Shown one piece after another: positions 1 through 7,699 of a stretch of 64,000 nucleotides of DNA. A model generated the notes under the pieces. It was not told the origin of the DNA. It ran no database searches and worked only from the letters and a program-made list of their open reading frames with translations. This stretch comes from an uncultured Gammaproteobacteria bacterium (GTDB lineage: Bacteria; Pseudomonadota; Gammaproteobacteria; Steroidobacterales; GCA-2729495), in contig CAWDHQ010000001.1 in NCBI GenBank assembly GCA_963802215.1, forward strand, positions 2,216,022 to 2,280,021, written 5' to 3'. Every line of letters begins with the position of its first letter. Position 1 is the first letter of the stretch. The translations under genes and the position numbers were made by a program.

Positions 1-498
1 GGCGACGGCCCACTGGCTGAGCAACGTGCCGGTGCCGCCGGCCGCGGCGTACAGCAGCAGGGTGTCGCCGGCCTGCACGCGGTAGCTGCGCCGGAGCAGG
101 TACCAGGCCGTCAGGCCCTTCAGCATCACCGACGCCGCCACCTCTTCCGTGATGCCGGCCGGCAGCTTCACGAGCCGCTCCCCCGGCCAGTTGCGGTGGC
201 CCGCGTAGGCGCCGGGCGGGAGGCCCGTGTAGGCCACCCGGTCGCCAACGCCGATGCCGCTGACGCCGGGCCCAAGCGCCTCGACCACGCCGGCTGCCTC
301 GGCGCCGATCACCGCCGGCAGCGTCAGCGGATACAGCCCCGAGCGGTGGTAGGTGTCGATGAAGTTCAGGCCGATGGCAGTCTGGCGGATCGTCACTTCG
401 CCGGCCGCGGGGGGCGGGAGCGGAATCTCCTCCCATTGCAGGACCTCGGGGCCGCCGAAGCGGTGGATGCGGATCGCCGGGGTCAATGCATTCTCCAT
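1..498 (-). CDS. qor: NADPH:quinone oxidoreductase, zinc-type ADH superfamily (N-terminal 166 aa; gene runs off left edge)
   Basis: Own minus-strand translation from ATG at 498: MENALTPAIRIHRFGGPEVLQWEEIPLPPPAAGEVTIRQTAIGLNFIDTYHRSGLYP... Absent from the ORF track because it is truncated by the edge. Confidence 0.75.
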   Translation of the reverse strand, partial: MENALTPAIRIHRFGGPEVLQWEEIPLPPPAAGEVTIRQTAIGLNFIDTYHRSGLYPLTLPAVIGAEAAGVVEALGPGVSGIGVGDRVAYTGLPPGAYAGHRNWPGERLVKLPAGITEEVAASVMLKGLTAWYLLRRSYRVQAGDTLLLYAAAGGTGTLLSQWAVA

Positions 499-518
499 GG
501 GGTCAGTATAATCCGCGC

Positions 519-1748
519 ATGCAGAACACTGTCGTGATTGCCGGTGCGGGACACGCCGCCGGCCAGACCATCGTATCGCTCCGCCAGGGCGGCTTCGCCG
601 GCCGCATCGTCCTGGTGGGCGAAGAGCCCTACCTGCCCTATCAGCGCCCGCCCCTGTCGAAGAAGTTCCTGGCCGGTGAAGTGGACGTTTCCCGGCTGCT
701 GCTTCGGCAGGAGAAGTTCTACGAAGACCATGCGGTCGACGTGCTCCTCAGCACCCGCGTGACGTGCATCGAGCCGGCATTGCGCACCGCCACGCTCTCC
801 ACGGGCGACCGCCTCGGCTACGACAAGCTGGTGCTGGCGACGGGCAGCCGGGTCCGCGAGGTCAGCCTCCCGGGCAGCCGCCTGCCCGGCGTGCACTACC
901 TGCGCACCATTCAGGACGTAGACCGCATCCGCGATCATTTCCATCCCGGCGCGTCCCTCGTGATCATCGGCGCCGGCTATATCGGCCTCGAGGTCGCGGC
1001 CGTCGCCGTCACCCACGGCCTCAAGGTCACGGTGGTGGAGCTGGCGAACCAGGTCATGGCCCGCGTGGAGGCCCCACTCCTGTCGGAGTTCATGACGAGG
1101 GTCCACCAGGAAGCGGGCGTGGAGATCCGGTGCAACACCGGCGTCCACTCCTTCGCCGGCGATACCCGACTCCGGGGGGTGGTCGGCAGCGACGGCGTGG
1201 AGATCCCCGCGGACCTCGCCATCGTGGGCATCGGCATCCTGCCCAACGTGGAGCTGGCGGCGGAAGCCGGCATCGTCTGCGACAACGGCATCGCGGTGGA
1301 CGAGTACTGCCGCACCAGCGATCCCGATGTGCTTGCCGTGGGGGATTGCACCAATCACCCGAATCCGCTGCTGGGGAGACGGCTGCGGCTGGAGTCCGTG
1401 CACAACGCCCAGGAGCAGGCCAAGACCGCGGCCGGCACGATCCTGGGCCGCCTCGAGCCCTATGCCCAGATTCCCTGGTTCTGGTCCGACCAGTACGACC
1501 TCAAGCTGCAGATCGTGGGCATCACGTCCCGGTCGGAACAGGCGGTGATTCGCGGCGACCCGGAGTCCCGGTCGTTCGCGCTCTTCTTCCTTGACGACGG
1601 GCGCCTGACATCCGTCTACGCGGTCAACCACCCGCGAGAGTTCATGCTCTCGAAGAAACTGATCGCGCTGAATGCACGGCCCGACCCCGCGCTGTTGCGC
1701 GACACCACCGTCCCCTTCAAGGAAATCGCCGAGGCGCTCGAGCGCTAA
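519..1748 (+). CDS. FAD-dependent ferredoxin/rubredoxin--NAD(P)+ reductase family oxidoreductase
   Basis: ORF 486..1748. Internal ATG at 519 gives MQNTVVIAGAGHAAG (GxGxxG FAD fold), a second dinucleotide fold IIGAGYIGLEVA, and similarity to putidaredoxin-reductase-like enzymes. Confidence 0.8.
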   Translation: MQNTVVIAGAGHAAGQTIVSLRQGGFAGRIVLVGEEPYLPYQRPPLSKKFLAGEVDVSRLLLRQEKFYEDHAVDVLLSTRVTCIEPALRTATLSTGDRLGYDKLVLATGSRVREVSLPGSRLPGVHYLRTIQDVDRIRDHFHPGASLVIIGAGYIGLEVAAVAVTHGLKVTVVELANQVMARVEAPLLSEFMTRVHQEAGVEIRCNTGVHSFAGDTRLRGVVGSDGVEIPADLAIVGIGILPNVELAAEAGIVCDNGIAVDEYCRTSDPDVLAVGDCTNHPNPLLGRRLRLESVHNAQEQAKTAAGTILGRLEPYAQIPWFWSDQYDLKLQIVGITSRSEQAVIRGDPESRSFALFFLDDGRLTSVYAVNHPREFMLSKKLIALNARPDPALLRDTTVPFKEIAEALER

Positions 1749-2419
1749 CGGGTCGCGACGGGCGGAGGATTCGCCTTGATGGCTATGGCCCAGTCGGGCT
1801 CTGGCCGGTCCGAGCCCGGCGGGGCGAGATACAGCAGTTCCCGGATTTCCCCGGTGAAGCCGGCGTAACGTCCCGAGGCGCCGGTCACCCCCGCCGGATC
1901 CCCGGGGGGGGGCGGGGCAGTCACGGCGTAGGACGGCGCCATCATCTCCCGGTCACCGCCGACGAGCTGGGCGAAGAACGCATCCCGGGCCACCACCCAG
2001 TAATTGCTGCGGGCATTGGCAAAGACGCTCCCTTCACCCGGCCAGAAGATGCTCCAGTGATCAACGGTGCCCAGTTGCGCCCGCCACAGGGAGTTGTCAT
2101 CGGCGATGGCAGACACTTTCACGGCCAGCGCCGCGGGCGTGCCCTCGCCAGCCGGCAGCACGACGATGCCGATGCGGACGTTCGACAAGGCCGGGTCCAT
2201 CAGGGCCACGTCCCGGTTGCGCCGGCCGACGCCGAGAAGGTCGGCCACGCCGCCCTCGCTGCCCCGGTATTCGTCCCAGCGATAGGCCTTGAAGGGCGAC
2301 AGGTCCGCGGGCAGCGGCGGCAGGCCCCGGAACCATGCCAGCGGATTGCCCAGCAGGAGGGAGGCACCGGCCAGGACGCCCAGGACCAGTCCGAGTACCA
2401 CGATGAGCGCGCGCGCCAT
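1745..2419 (-). CDS. hypothetical membrane-anchored/secreted protein
   Basis: C-terminal 224 aa of track ORF 1745..3133 starting MARALIVVLGLVLGVLAGASLLLG (N-terminal hydrophobic helix). Its ATG overlaps the stop of the upstream gene (TGATG). Confidence 0.55.
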   Translation of the reverse strand: MARALIVVLGLVLGVLAGASLLLGNPLAWFRGLPPLPADLSPFKAYRWDEYRGSEGGVADLLGVGRRNRDVALMDPALSNVRIGIVVLPAGEGTPAALAVKVSAIADDNSLWRAQLGTVDHWSIFWPGEGSVFANARSNYWVVARDAFFAQLVGGDREMMAPSYAVTAPPPPGDPAGVTGASGRYAGFTGEIRELLYLAPPGSDRPEPDWAIAIKANPPPVATR

Positions 2420-3120
2420 CAGTTGTCCCCGACGGTGATGGTGGAGAGCAGTATCCGGCCCCGGGTGCTGCCGTCGGCGTTCACCTCTTCCAGGTCCCAG
2501 GTCTCGGTAAAGCTGCCGCGGAGACCGGCAAACTCGCTGGTGCCACGCAGCACCTTCCCCGTCGTCGCCGGCCCGTCGCCCTCCGGGGCTGGCGCCGTGA
2601 TCCGGACACGCGGGCGGTCGGTCCAGGACGCCGCGGCCTGCGCCGGAGCCAGGGCCACGCTGCCCTCGGCGGCGATGCTGCCGCGGACAGTGGTGTCCTG
2701 CACGTCGCTCTGGGCGAGGAACAGCGCGCCGCGGCTGGGAATCACCAGCAGCCAGTTGGTCGCAGACCGGTCTGCGTCGGCGATGGCCCCGCCCGTTCCG
2801 GCCAGCCGGCCGGCCACACCGATGACGTTGTCCTCCGCGTCGCGAAGGCGAAAGAGTTCCGCGCTGACGCGTCGCCCGGCACTGTCTTCCAGCACGGCGG
2901 CGCCGACCGCAGCCGTGGCGGGCAGCCCGGCCCCCTTCTCGCCGGGCCGCGCGATGCGGTCTTCGGGCCAGTGAATGACGAATTCCTCCTGGCGCCCGCC
3001 GTCGGTCGGGACACTGGTGATGGAGCGATAGCGGACATGCTGGGGCAGGGGCCAGAGTGTGGCCGCAACGGCGACTGCCAGGAGACCCGCGAAGAACGCG
3101 ACGACGAACAGCCGTTTCAT
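2419..3120 (-). CDS. hypothetical secreted protein (signal peptide)
   Basis: ORF 2419..3120, MKRLFVVAFFAGLLAVAVAATLW signal-like N-terminus. Translationally coupled to 1745..2419 and lies 57 nt downstream of gshA. Confidence 0.55.
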   Translation of the reverse strand: MKRLFVVAFFAGLLAVAVAATLWPLPQHVRYRSITSVPTDGGRQEEFVIHWPEDRIARPGEKGAGLPATAAVGAAVLEDSAGRRVSAELFRLRDAEDNVIGVAGRLAGTGGAIADADRSATNWLLVIPSRGALFLAQSDVQDTTVRGSIAAEGSVALAPAQAAASWTDRPRVRITAPAPEGDGPATTGKVLRGTSEFAGLRGSFTETWDLEEVNADGSTRGRILLSTITVGDN

Positions 3121-3176
3121 GATCGGGCCCCACCCGCTGGCCGGCAGTGCCGCAGAGTGTAAACGCTCATGGCAAC

Positions 3177-4802
3177 CTAGGCGAGGTAACGCGCGAGGTA
3201 GTCGTCGAAGGGAAGGGCATCCGCCGCCTCGATCTCGGCCTGCTTCACAAGGGAGCGTTCGGCCTCGGTCTCCAGCAATTCCCGATGCTGGTTCAGGTCA
3301 GGGGCCAGGGAGCGGAAGTAGTCCCGGGTTCGCCCCGCGAGTTCCAGGCCGTAGGCAGCCAGTGACTTTCCCTCCGTACGGAGTTCCCGCAGGATGGCCG
3401 CCGAGGGCGTGCGTTCCGGGTCGTCGACGGCCTGCAGCTGGTAGCGGATTGCCTCCACGTGGCCCTGCTGCTCGCCCGGATCGATGAGCCGGGCAACCTG
3501 GACCATGTCATTGCAGATACTGGCAGCCCACTCCCTCAGGAGCACGCTCTCGTTTCCCCGGACCAGTTCAAGGCCGGGCTCCCGACCCCGCCGCGCCACC
3601 AGGCCGTGGTTGCGGTCGATGCGCTCCTGCTCCTCCGCGGATACCGGCGGGCTCGACTGCAAGAGGCAATAGATCAGGAACACCTCGAGGAAGCGGAGCT
3701 GGCGCTGATTGATGCCGACGGGATCCCACGGACTGATGTCCAGGGCCCGGAGCTCGATGTACTGGACACCACCGCGCCGAAGCGCGGCCGTTGGCCTCTC
3801 GCCAGGGCGCGTGACGCGCTTCGGCCGGATGGTGCTGTAGAACTCGTTCTCGATCTGCAGCTGGTTTGCGTTGAGTTGCCGGTACTCGCCGGCCACCTTC
3901 ACGCCAATACGCTCGAACTCGGGCCGCGGCGCGTGGGTGGCCTGGTAGAGGTCCCGCACGTATTCCTCGAGGCTGTTGGCCGAGACAACCAGGGTGGCCT
4001 GGGCACTGTTGCGATAGCCGAGGTCGCTCATGCGCAACGAGGTTGCCCAGGGCCCGTACAGCGTGCCCGCGTCGAGTTCCTCCAGGGCGGTGGGCCCACG
4101 GCCGCGAACGAAGCTCTTGCACAGCGCGGGCGAGGCACCGAACAGGTACAGCAGCAGCCAGTCGAGCCGGCGAACGTTGCGCACGGCCCCCAGGTAAGTC
4201 GCCGACCGGAAGGCCTGCAGGTCTCCGCTCTGCCCTTCCAGCTCCTGGTAGAGGGGCCAGAACGCATCCGGCAGGGAGTAGTTGTAGTGAATGCCCGCAA
4301 TGGCCTGCATGATCCGGCCGTACCGGTGGCCGAGCCCCAGGCGGTAGATCGTCTTCATCCGACCGATGTTGGACGATCCGTACCGGGCGAGGGGTACATC
4401 GTCGTCACTGCTGATGGAGCACGGCATGCTGAGCGGCCAGAGCAGCTCGTCGCCAATGCGCTCCATCACGAACTGATGAACGTCGCAGAGAAACTGGATC
4501 GTCTCCCAGTTGGTCAGCTGTGGCGGCGTGACGAATTCAAGCAGTGCCTCGGAGTAGTCGGTGGTGATGTACTCGTTGGTGAGCGCGGAGCCGAGTGCCC
4601 GCGGATGAGGGGTGCCTGCGAGCTGGCCCGCCGGCGTAATGCGCAGGCACTCCCGTTCGACGCCCCGCTGGCCGCCCCGCACGAGGCCGGCCATCTCGGG
4701 TGCCGAGAGGCGCTTCAGTCGGGCTTCCAGCAGCTGGCCCAAGGGTGGAGTCCTGGATTGGCGGGGTGGGCAGATTACACGGTATCGCGAAGCTGGCGAC
4801 AC
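3177..4802 (-). CDS. gshA: glutamate--cysteine ligase
   Basis: 541-aa ORF collinear with E. coli GshA, sharing motifs such as ALGSALTNEYITTDYSEALLEF, WPLSMPC, LQIENEFYSTIRPKRV and YIELRALDISPW. Confidence 0.95.
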   Translation of the reverse strand: MSPASRYRVICPPRQSRTPPLGQLLEARLKRLSAPEMAGLVRGGQRGVERECLRITPAGQLAGTPHPRALGSALTNEYITTDYSEALLEFVTPPQLTNWETIQFLCDVHQFVMERIGDELLWPLSMPCSISSDDDVPLARYGSSNIGRMKTIYRLGLGHRYGRIMQAIAGIHYNYSLPDAFWPLYQELEGQSGDLQAFRSATYLGAVRNVRRLDWLLLYLFGASPALCKSFVRGRGPTALEELDAGTLYGPWATSLRMSDLGYRNSAQATLVVSANSLEEYVRDLYQATHAPRPEFERIGVKVAGEYRQLNANQLQIENEFYSTIRPKRVTRPGERPTAALRRGGVQYIELRALDISPWDPVGINQRQLRFLEVFLIYCLLQSSPPVSAEEQERIDRNHGLVARRGREPGLELVRGNESVLLREWAASICNDMVQVARLIDPGEQQGHVEAIRYQLQAVDDPERTPSAAILRELRTEGKSLAAYGLELAGRTRDYFRSLAPDLNQHRELLETEAERSLVKQAEIEAADALPFDDYLARYLA

Positions 4803-4900
4803 TGTCCGGCGGGCCCTCGGCGTGACACGCCCGGCAGGTGGAACCCTCGGGCTGCGGGCGGGTCGAATTCAGCGTGAACCGCCATGCTATAAGAACAGGC

Positions 4901-5308
4901 ATGTCCTCCGCCGGCAGCCGTGCCCGCCCTTCGGACCGACGCCTGATCGCCGCGGCCCTGGGCCTGCTGCTCTTCGCGACCACGCCGGCGCTCGCCTTCC
5001 GCTGCGGCAACAAGATCGTGAGCGAGGGCGACCACTACTCGAAGGTGCTCAAGTACTGCGGTGAGCCTGTCGGGGTCCAGGAACGGGTCATCTATCGGGA
5101 AGGCATCACGCGCCCGCGCTTCCGGGTCGAGGGCCCCAACGGCTTGCGGTACGACCCGGAAGTCCTGCAGTACGACCGTTCCTACGTGGAGGTCCTGGTC
5201 GAGGAGTGGACCTACAACTTCGGCCCCCGTCGGCTCATGCAGCTCGTGCGCTTCGAGAACGGCTTCGTGACCGAGGTCGACCGGCTGGGCTACGGCTACA
5301 GGGAGTAG
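4901..5308 (+). CDS. small secreted protein, DUF2845-like
   Basis: ORF 4838..5308. The internal start MSSAGSRARPSDRRLIAAALGLLLFATTPALA is signal-like. The mature part, FRCGNKIVSEGDHYSKVLKYCGEP, resembles DUF2845. Confidence 0.6.
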   Translation: MSSAGSRARPSDRRLIAAALGLLLFATTPALAFRCGNKIVSEGDHYSKVLKYCGEPVGVQERVIYREGITRPRFRVEGPNGLRYDPEVLQYDRSYVEVLVEEWTYNFGPRRLMQLVRFENGFVTEVDRLGYGYRE

Positions 5309-5320
5309 GAGCGCTCCTAC
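5305..5320. repeat. collapsed REP-like perfect palindrome GTAGGAGCGCTCCTAC
   Basis: Perfect 16-bp palindrome made of the outer arms of the GTAGGAGCGC... repeat family. It contains the TAG stops of both convergent flanking genes (5306-5308 plus strand, 5317-5319 minus strand). Confidence 0.85.
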
Positions 5321-6288
5321 TTCAGGAATTGCCGCACCAGGTAGTCATCGGACCAGGTGCGCAGGCTGTAGTCGAGCAGGAACCCGCAATGGCCGCCCCA
5401 TCGGGAGTGGTCGATGGTGAGGGCGGGAGTTCGGGCGAGGCGGGCCGCAGAGCCGGCGGGAATGACGGGATCGTCGTTGGCCAGCAGGATGGACGCCGGC
5501 ACGCTGAGCCGGGCCAGACGCTCGCCGGTGATCGCGTAACCCCGGAGGTAGCTGACGAGATCGGGGAACTCCGTGTAGCGCGTGACGAAGAACTCCGTCA
5601 TGTCCCGTAACGAGCGGAATCGGCTGAGCGGGCCAAAATCGTAGTCGTCGGGAAATGCCCGGGCCTTGCGCTCGAGGGAGCGGCGCCACTTGCTCAGAAA
5701 GTACTGGCGGTAGATCACCGACCCGGAGTCCAGCGCCTCCATGGTCTCTTCCGGGTCCAGCACCGGGCAGATGGCGACGACCCGGGCAAGGCCGAGGGCG
5801 GGACCCTCGGCGGACGCAATGCGCAGGGCAAAGTTGCCGCCGAGGGAATAGCCGCCCAGGTACAGGGGCTCGCCGGAGAAGGTGTCGCGCACCCAGCGTA
5901 CGGCGTCCAGCATTTCATCCAGGCGGCAGGAGTGAAAGATGCCGCGATTCAGGTGCTGGGAATCGCCGTGGTCACGCATGTTGATGCGCAGGATCCGGAA
6001 GCCCTCCCGCCACAACCGGTCGGCACCCGAGACCACGTGGAGCGAGCGGGAGCTGCCTTCCCAGCCGTGCAGCAGGATGGCGACGCGGCCATTCGGCGCG
6101 CGGGGCGGTGTGTGCTGAGCCGTCAGCCGCACGCCATCCCTGCACTCGATGACCAGGTCCTCGGTCTCCGCGAGCAGGCCGTCGGCATTCCCCAGGACCA
6201 TCTTGCGGCGCCAGCCGCTGTTTGCCAGCGCCGCCTGGACGTCAGCGTGCCGCAGCAGCCGCGGCGGGGTGAAACCGGTTGGCGTCAT
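5317..6288 (-). CDS. alpha/beta hydrolase (YheT/ABHD1-3-like)
   Basis: ORF 5317..6375; start taken at MTPTGFTPPRLL (6288), which avoids overlap with the upstream gene. Has the GYSLGGN nucleophile elbow and HGWEGSS. Confidence 0.75.
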   Translation of the reverse strand: MTPTGFTPPRLLRHADVQAALANSGWRRKMVLGNADGLLAETEDLVIECRDGVRLTAQHTPPRAPNGRVAILLHGWEGSSRSLHVVSGADRLWREGFRILRINMRDHGDSQHLNRGIFHSCRLDEMLDAVRWVRDTFSGEPLYLGGYSLGGNFALRIASAEGPALGLARVVAICPVLDPEETMEALDSGSVIYRQYFLSKWRRSLERKARAFPDDYDFGPLSRFRSLRDMTEFFVTRYTEFPDLVSYLRGYAITGERLARLSVPASILLANDDPVIPAGSAARLARTPALTIDHSRWGGHCGFLLDYSLRTWSDDYLVRQFLK

Positions 6289-6305
6289 GAGGAGCTGCTT
6301 CGCCG

Positions 6306-7631
6306 TCACTCGGTCGCCGGTTTCGCGGCAAGCTTCACTTCGACCCGGTGGTTCTGCCGTGCGACCAGGTTCCACTCGCCCGCCGTCATGCCATCGGTCA
6401 CCAGCGGATAGGGCACGAGGGGCCGGGAATTCCCGAGCGGCTCGATTTCCACCCGGATGGGACCGCCCGTCACGGCGAGCTCGGCCAGGTAGTTCGCAAA
6501 GGCCACGGACTGGCGTGCGGACTCCGTGCGTGCGTCGTCCGGGGCCAGCCCGATGCGCTCACAGCGGGAAAGCGGCAGGTCATCGGCGGCCATCGCCCAT
6601 GATCCGTCTGCGGCGCGCCGCATGCAGAAGTCCCCGACATGGCTCTCGAGCCGCACGGTGCCGCGAAAATCCAGCGCCCTCAGGCGGTCGAGAACGCCGG
6701 TAAGCCTGGTGAGCCGCACGTCGTCGAAGGGCAGCGCGTCGGGCGGATAGCTGGCGCCCTGGTTCACGCTCCATTCGAGGGCAGCAGCCACGCCGGCCGA
6801 CCCGGTCTCCGGCTTGCCGGGCTGCCCCTCCGCCGTCGCCCGGGCTGGACGGGCCGCCAGGGTGTTGGCTTCCACGACGTCGCCGGCGCGCAGGGCATTC
6901 AGCTCGGAGAGCAGGCCCATGTTCTGCCGGGTGACCGCCCGCCACTTCGCTTCCGAATCCAGGTGCAGCCAGACGAACGTCGCCGCCACGGCCGCGAGCG
7001 TCGCGATCAGGGCGCCGGCCGGCCAGAACGGCACGCGGCCCCCGGTCCGCCCCGGCTCGCCTGCCGGCGGGAGGCGCTCGACCAGGACGCGGCTCACCGT
7101 CGTCTCGAGGTCCGTACGCAGCGCACGATTGTGATCGGCCAGCATTTCCTGGAGCCAGCGGTGGAGATCGGACCAGTCGGCGGGCGCGTTGACCGACTCC
7201 ACGCCGTAGAGCCCGGGCACGTCGCTCGCCCGCCTCGCCGGCAGGGGCGGCGCGTCGCCGGGAAGCAGGTGCAGGGAGCGGAGCACTTCCCGCACTTCGA
7301 CGGGCTTGATCTGCTTGGGCAGGACGCCCACGGCGCCGAGTGCCCGGGCCTGCCCGACGTAGAGCTCCCCGGACTGGGACGTGTACATCATGACGGGGAT
7401 GGTGGCGGTCGCCGGGTTCTCCTTGATGGCCTTCACCGCCTGGAAGCCATCCATGCCCGGCATCATGTGATCCATGAAGATCACGTCTGGCCGGTGGGCC
7501 GCGAGGTATTCGAGCGCAGCCTCGGCCGACTCCGCCGTCTCGACCCGGAGCTCGTGGTCCGCCAGCATGCGCCGGAGCCCCTCGCGGGCAGTCCGGGAAT
7601 CGTCGACGATCAGCGCGCTTCTCTGGGCCAC
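6306..7631 (-). CDS. response regulator: receiver domain + transmembrane helix + C-terminal OmpA/MotB-like domain
   Basis: N-terminal CheY-like REC (ALIVDDS ... DVIFMDHMMPGMDG ... PKQ). Hydrophobic segment WPAGALIATLAAVAATFVWL. The C-terminus ends ARQNHRVEVKL, resembling the NRRVE end of OmpA_C domains. Confidence 0.7.
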   Translation of the reverse strand: MAQRSALIVDDSRTAREGLRRMLADHELRVETAESAEAALEYLAAHRPDVIFMDHMMPGMDGFQAVKAIKENPATATIPVMMYTSQSGELYVGQARALGAVGVLPKQIKPVEVREVLRSLHLLPGDAPPLPARRASDVPGLYGVESVNAPADWSDLHRWLQEMLADHNRALRTDLETTVSRVLVERLPPAGEPGRTGGRVPFWPAGALIATLAAVAATFVWLHLDSEAKWRAVTRQNMGLLSELNALRAGDVVEANTLAARPARATAEGQPGKPETGSAGVAAALEWSVNQGASYPPDALPFDDVRLTRLTGVLDRLRALDFRGTVRLESHVGDFCMRRAADGSWAMAADDLPLSRCERIGLAPDDARTESARQSVAFANYLAELAVTGGPIRVEIEPLGNSRPLVPYPLVTDGMTAGEWNLVARQNHRVEVKLAAKPATE

Positions 7632-7699
7632 CCGGCCATTCTAAACCGCCCCCGTACCCCGGCGGACGTGCACACGCCCACAGTTGGCGGAAGCCCGCT

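Noticed and set aside
483-1631. Long ORFs antisense to or out of frame with the called genes, for example 483..1631(-), 764..1594(+), 6580..7995(-), 7757..9013(-), 12578..14500(-), 14484..15944(-), 29719..30660 part of 29719..31734(+), 41053..44118 part of 41053..44751(+), 41306..42322(-).
   Set aside because: Their translations are Arg/Pro/Gly/Ala-rich low-complexity strings typical of shadow frames in high-GC DNA. They overlap genes with clear homology, and their stop-free length is explained by GC bias.
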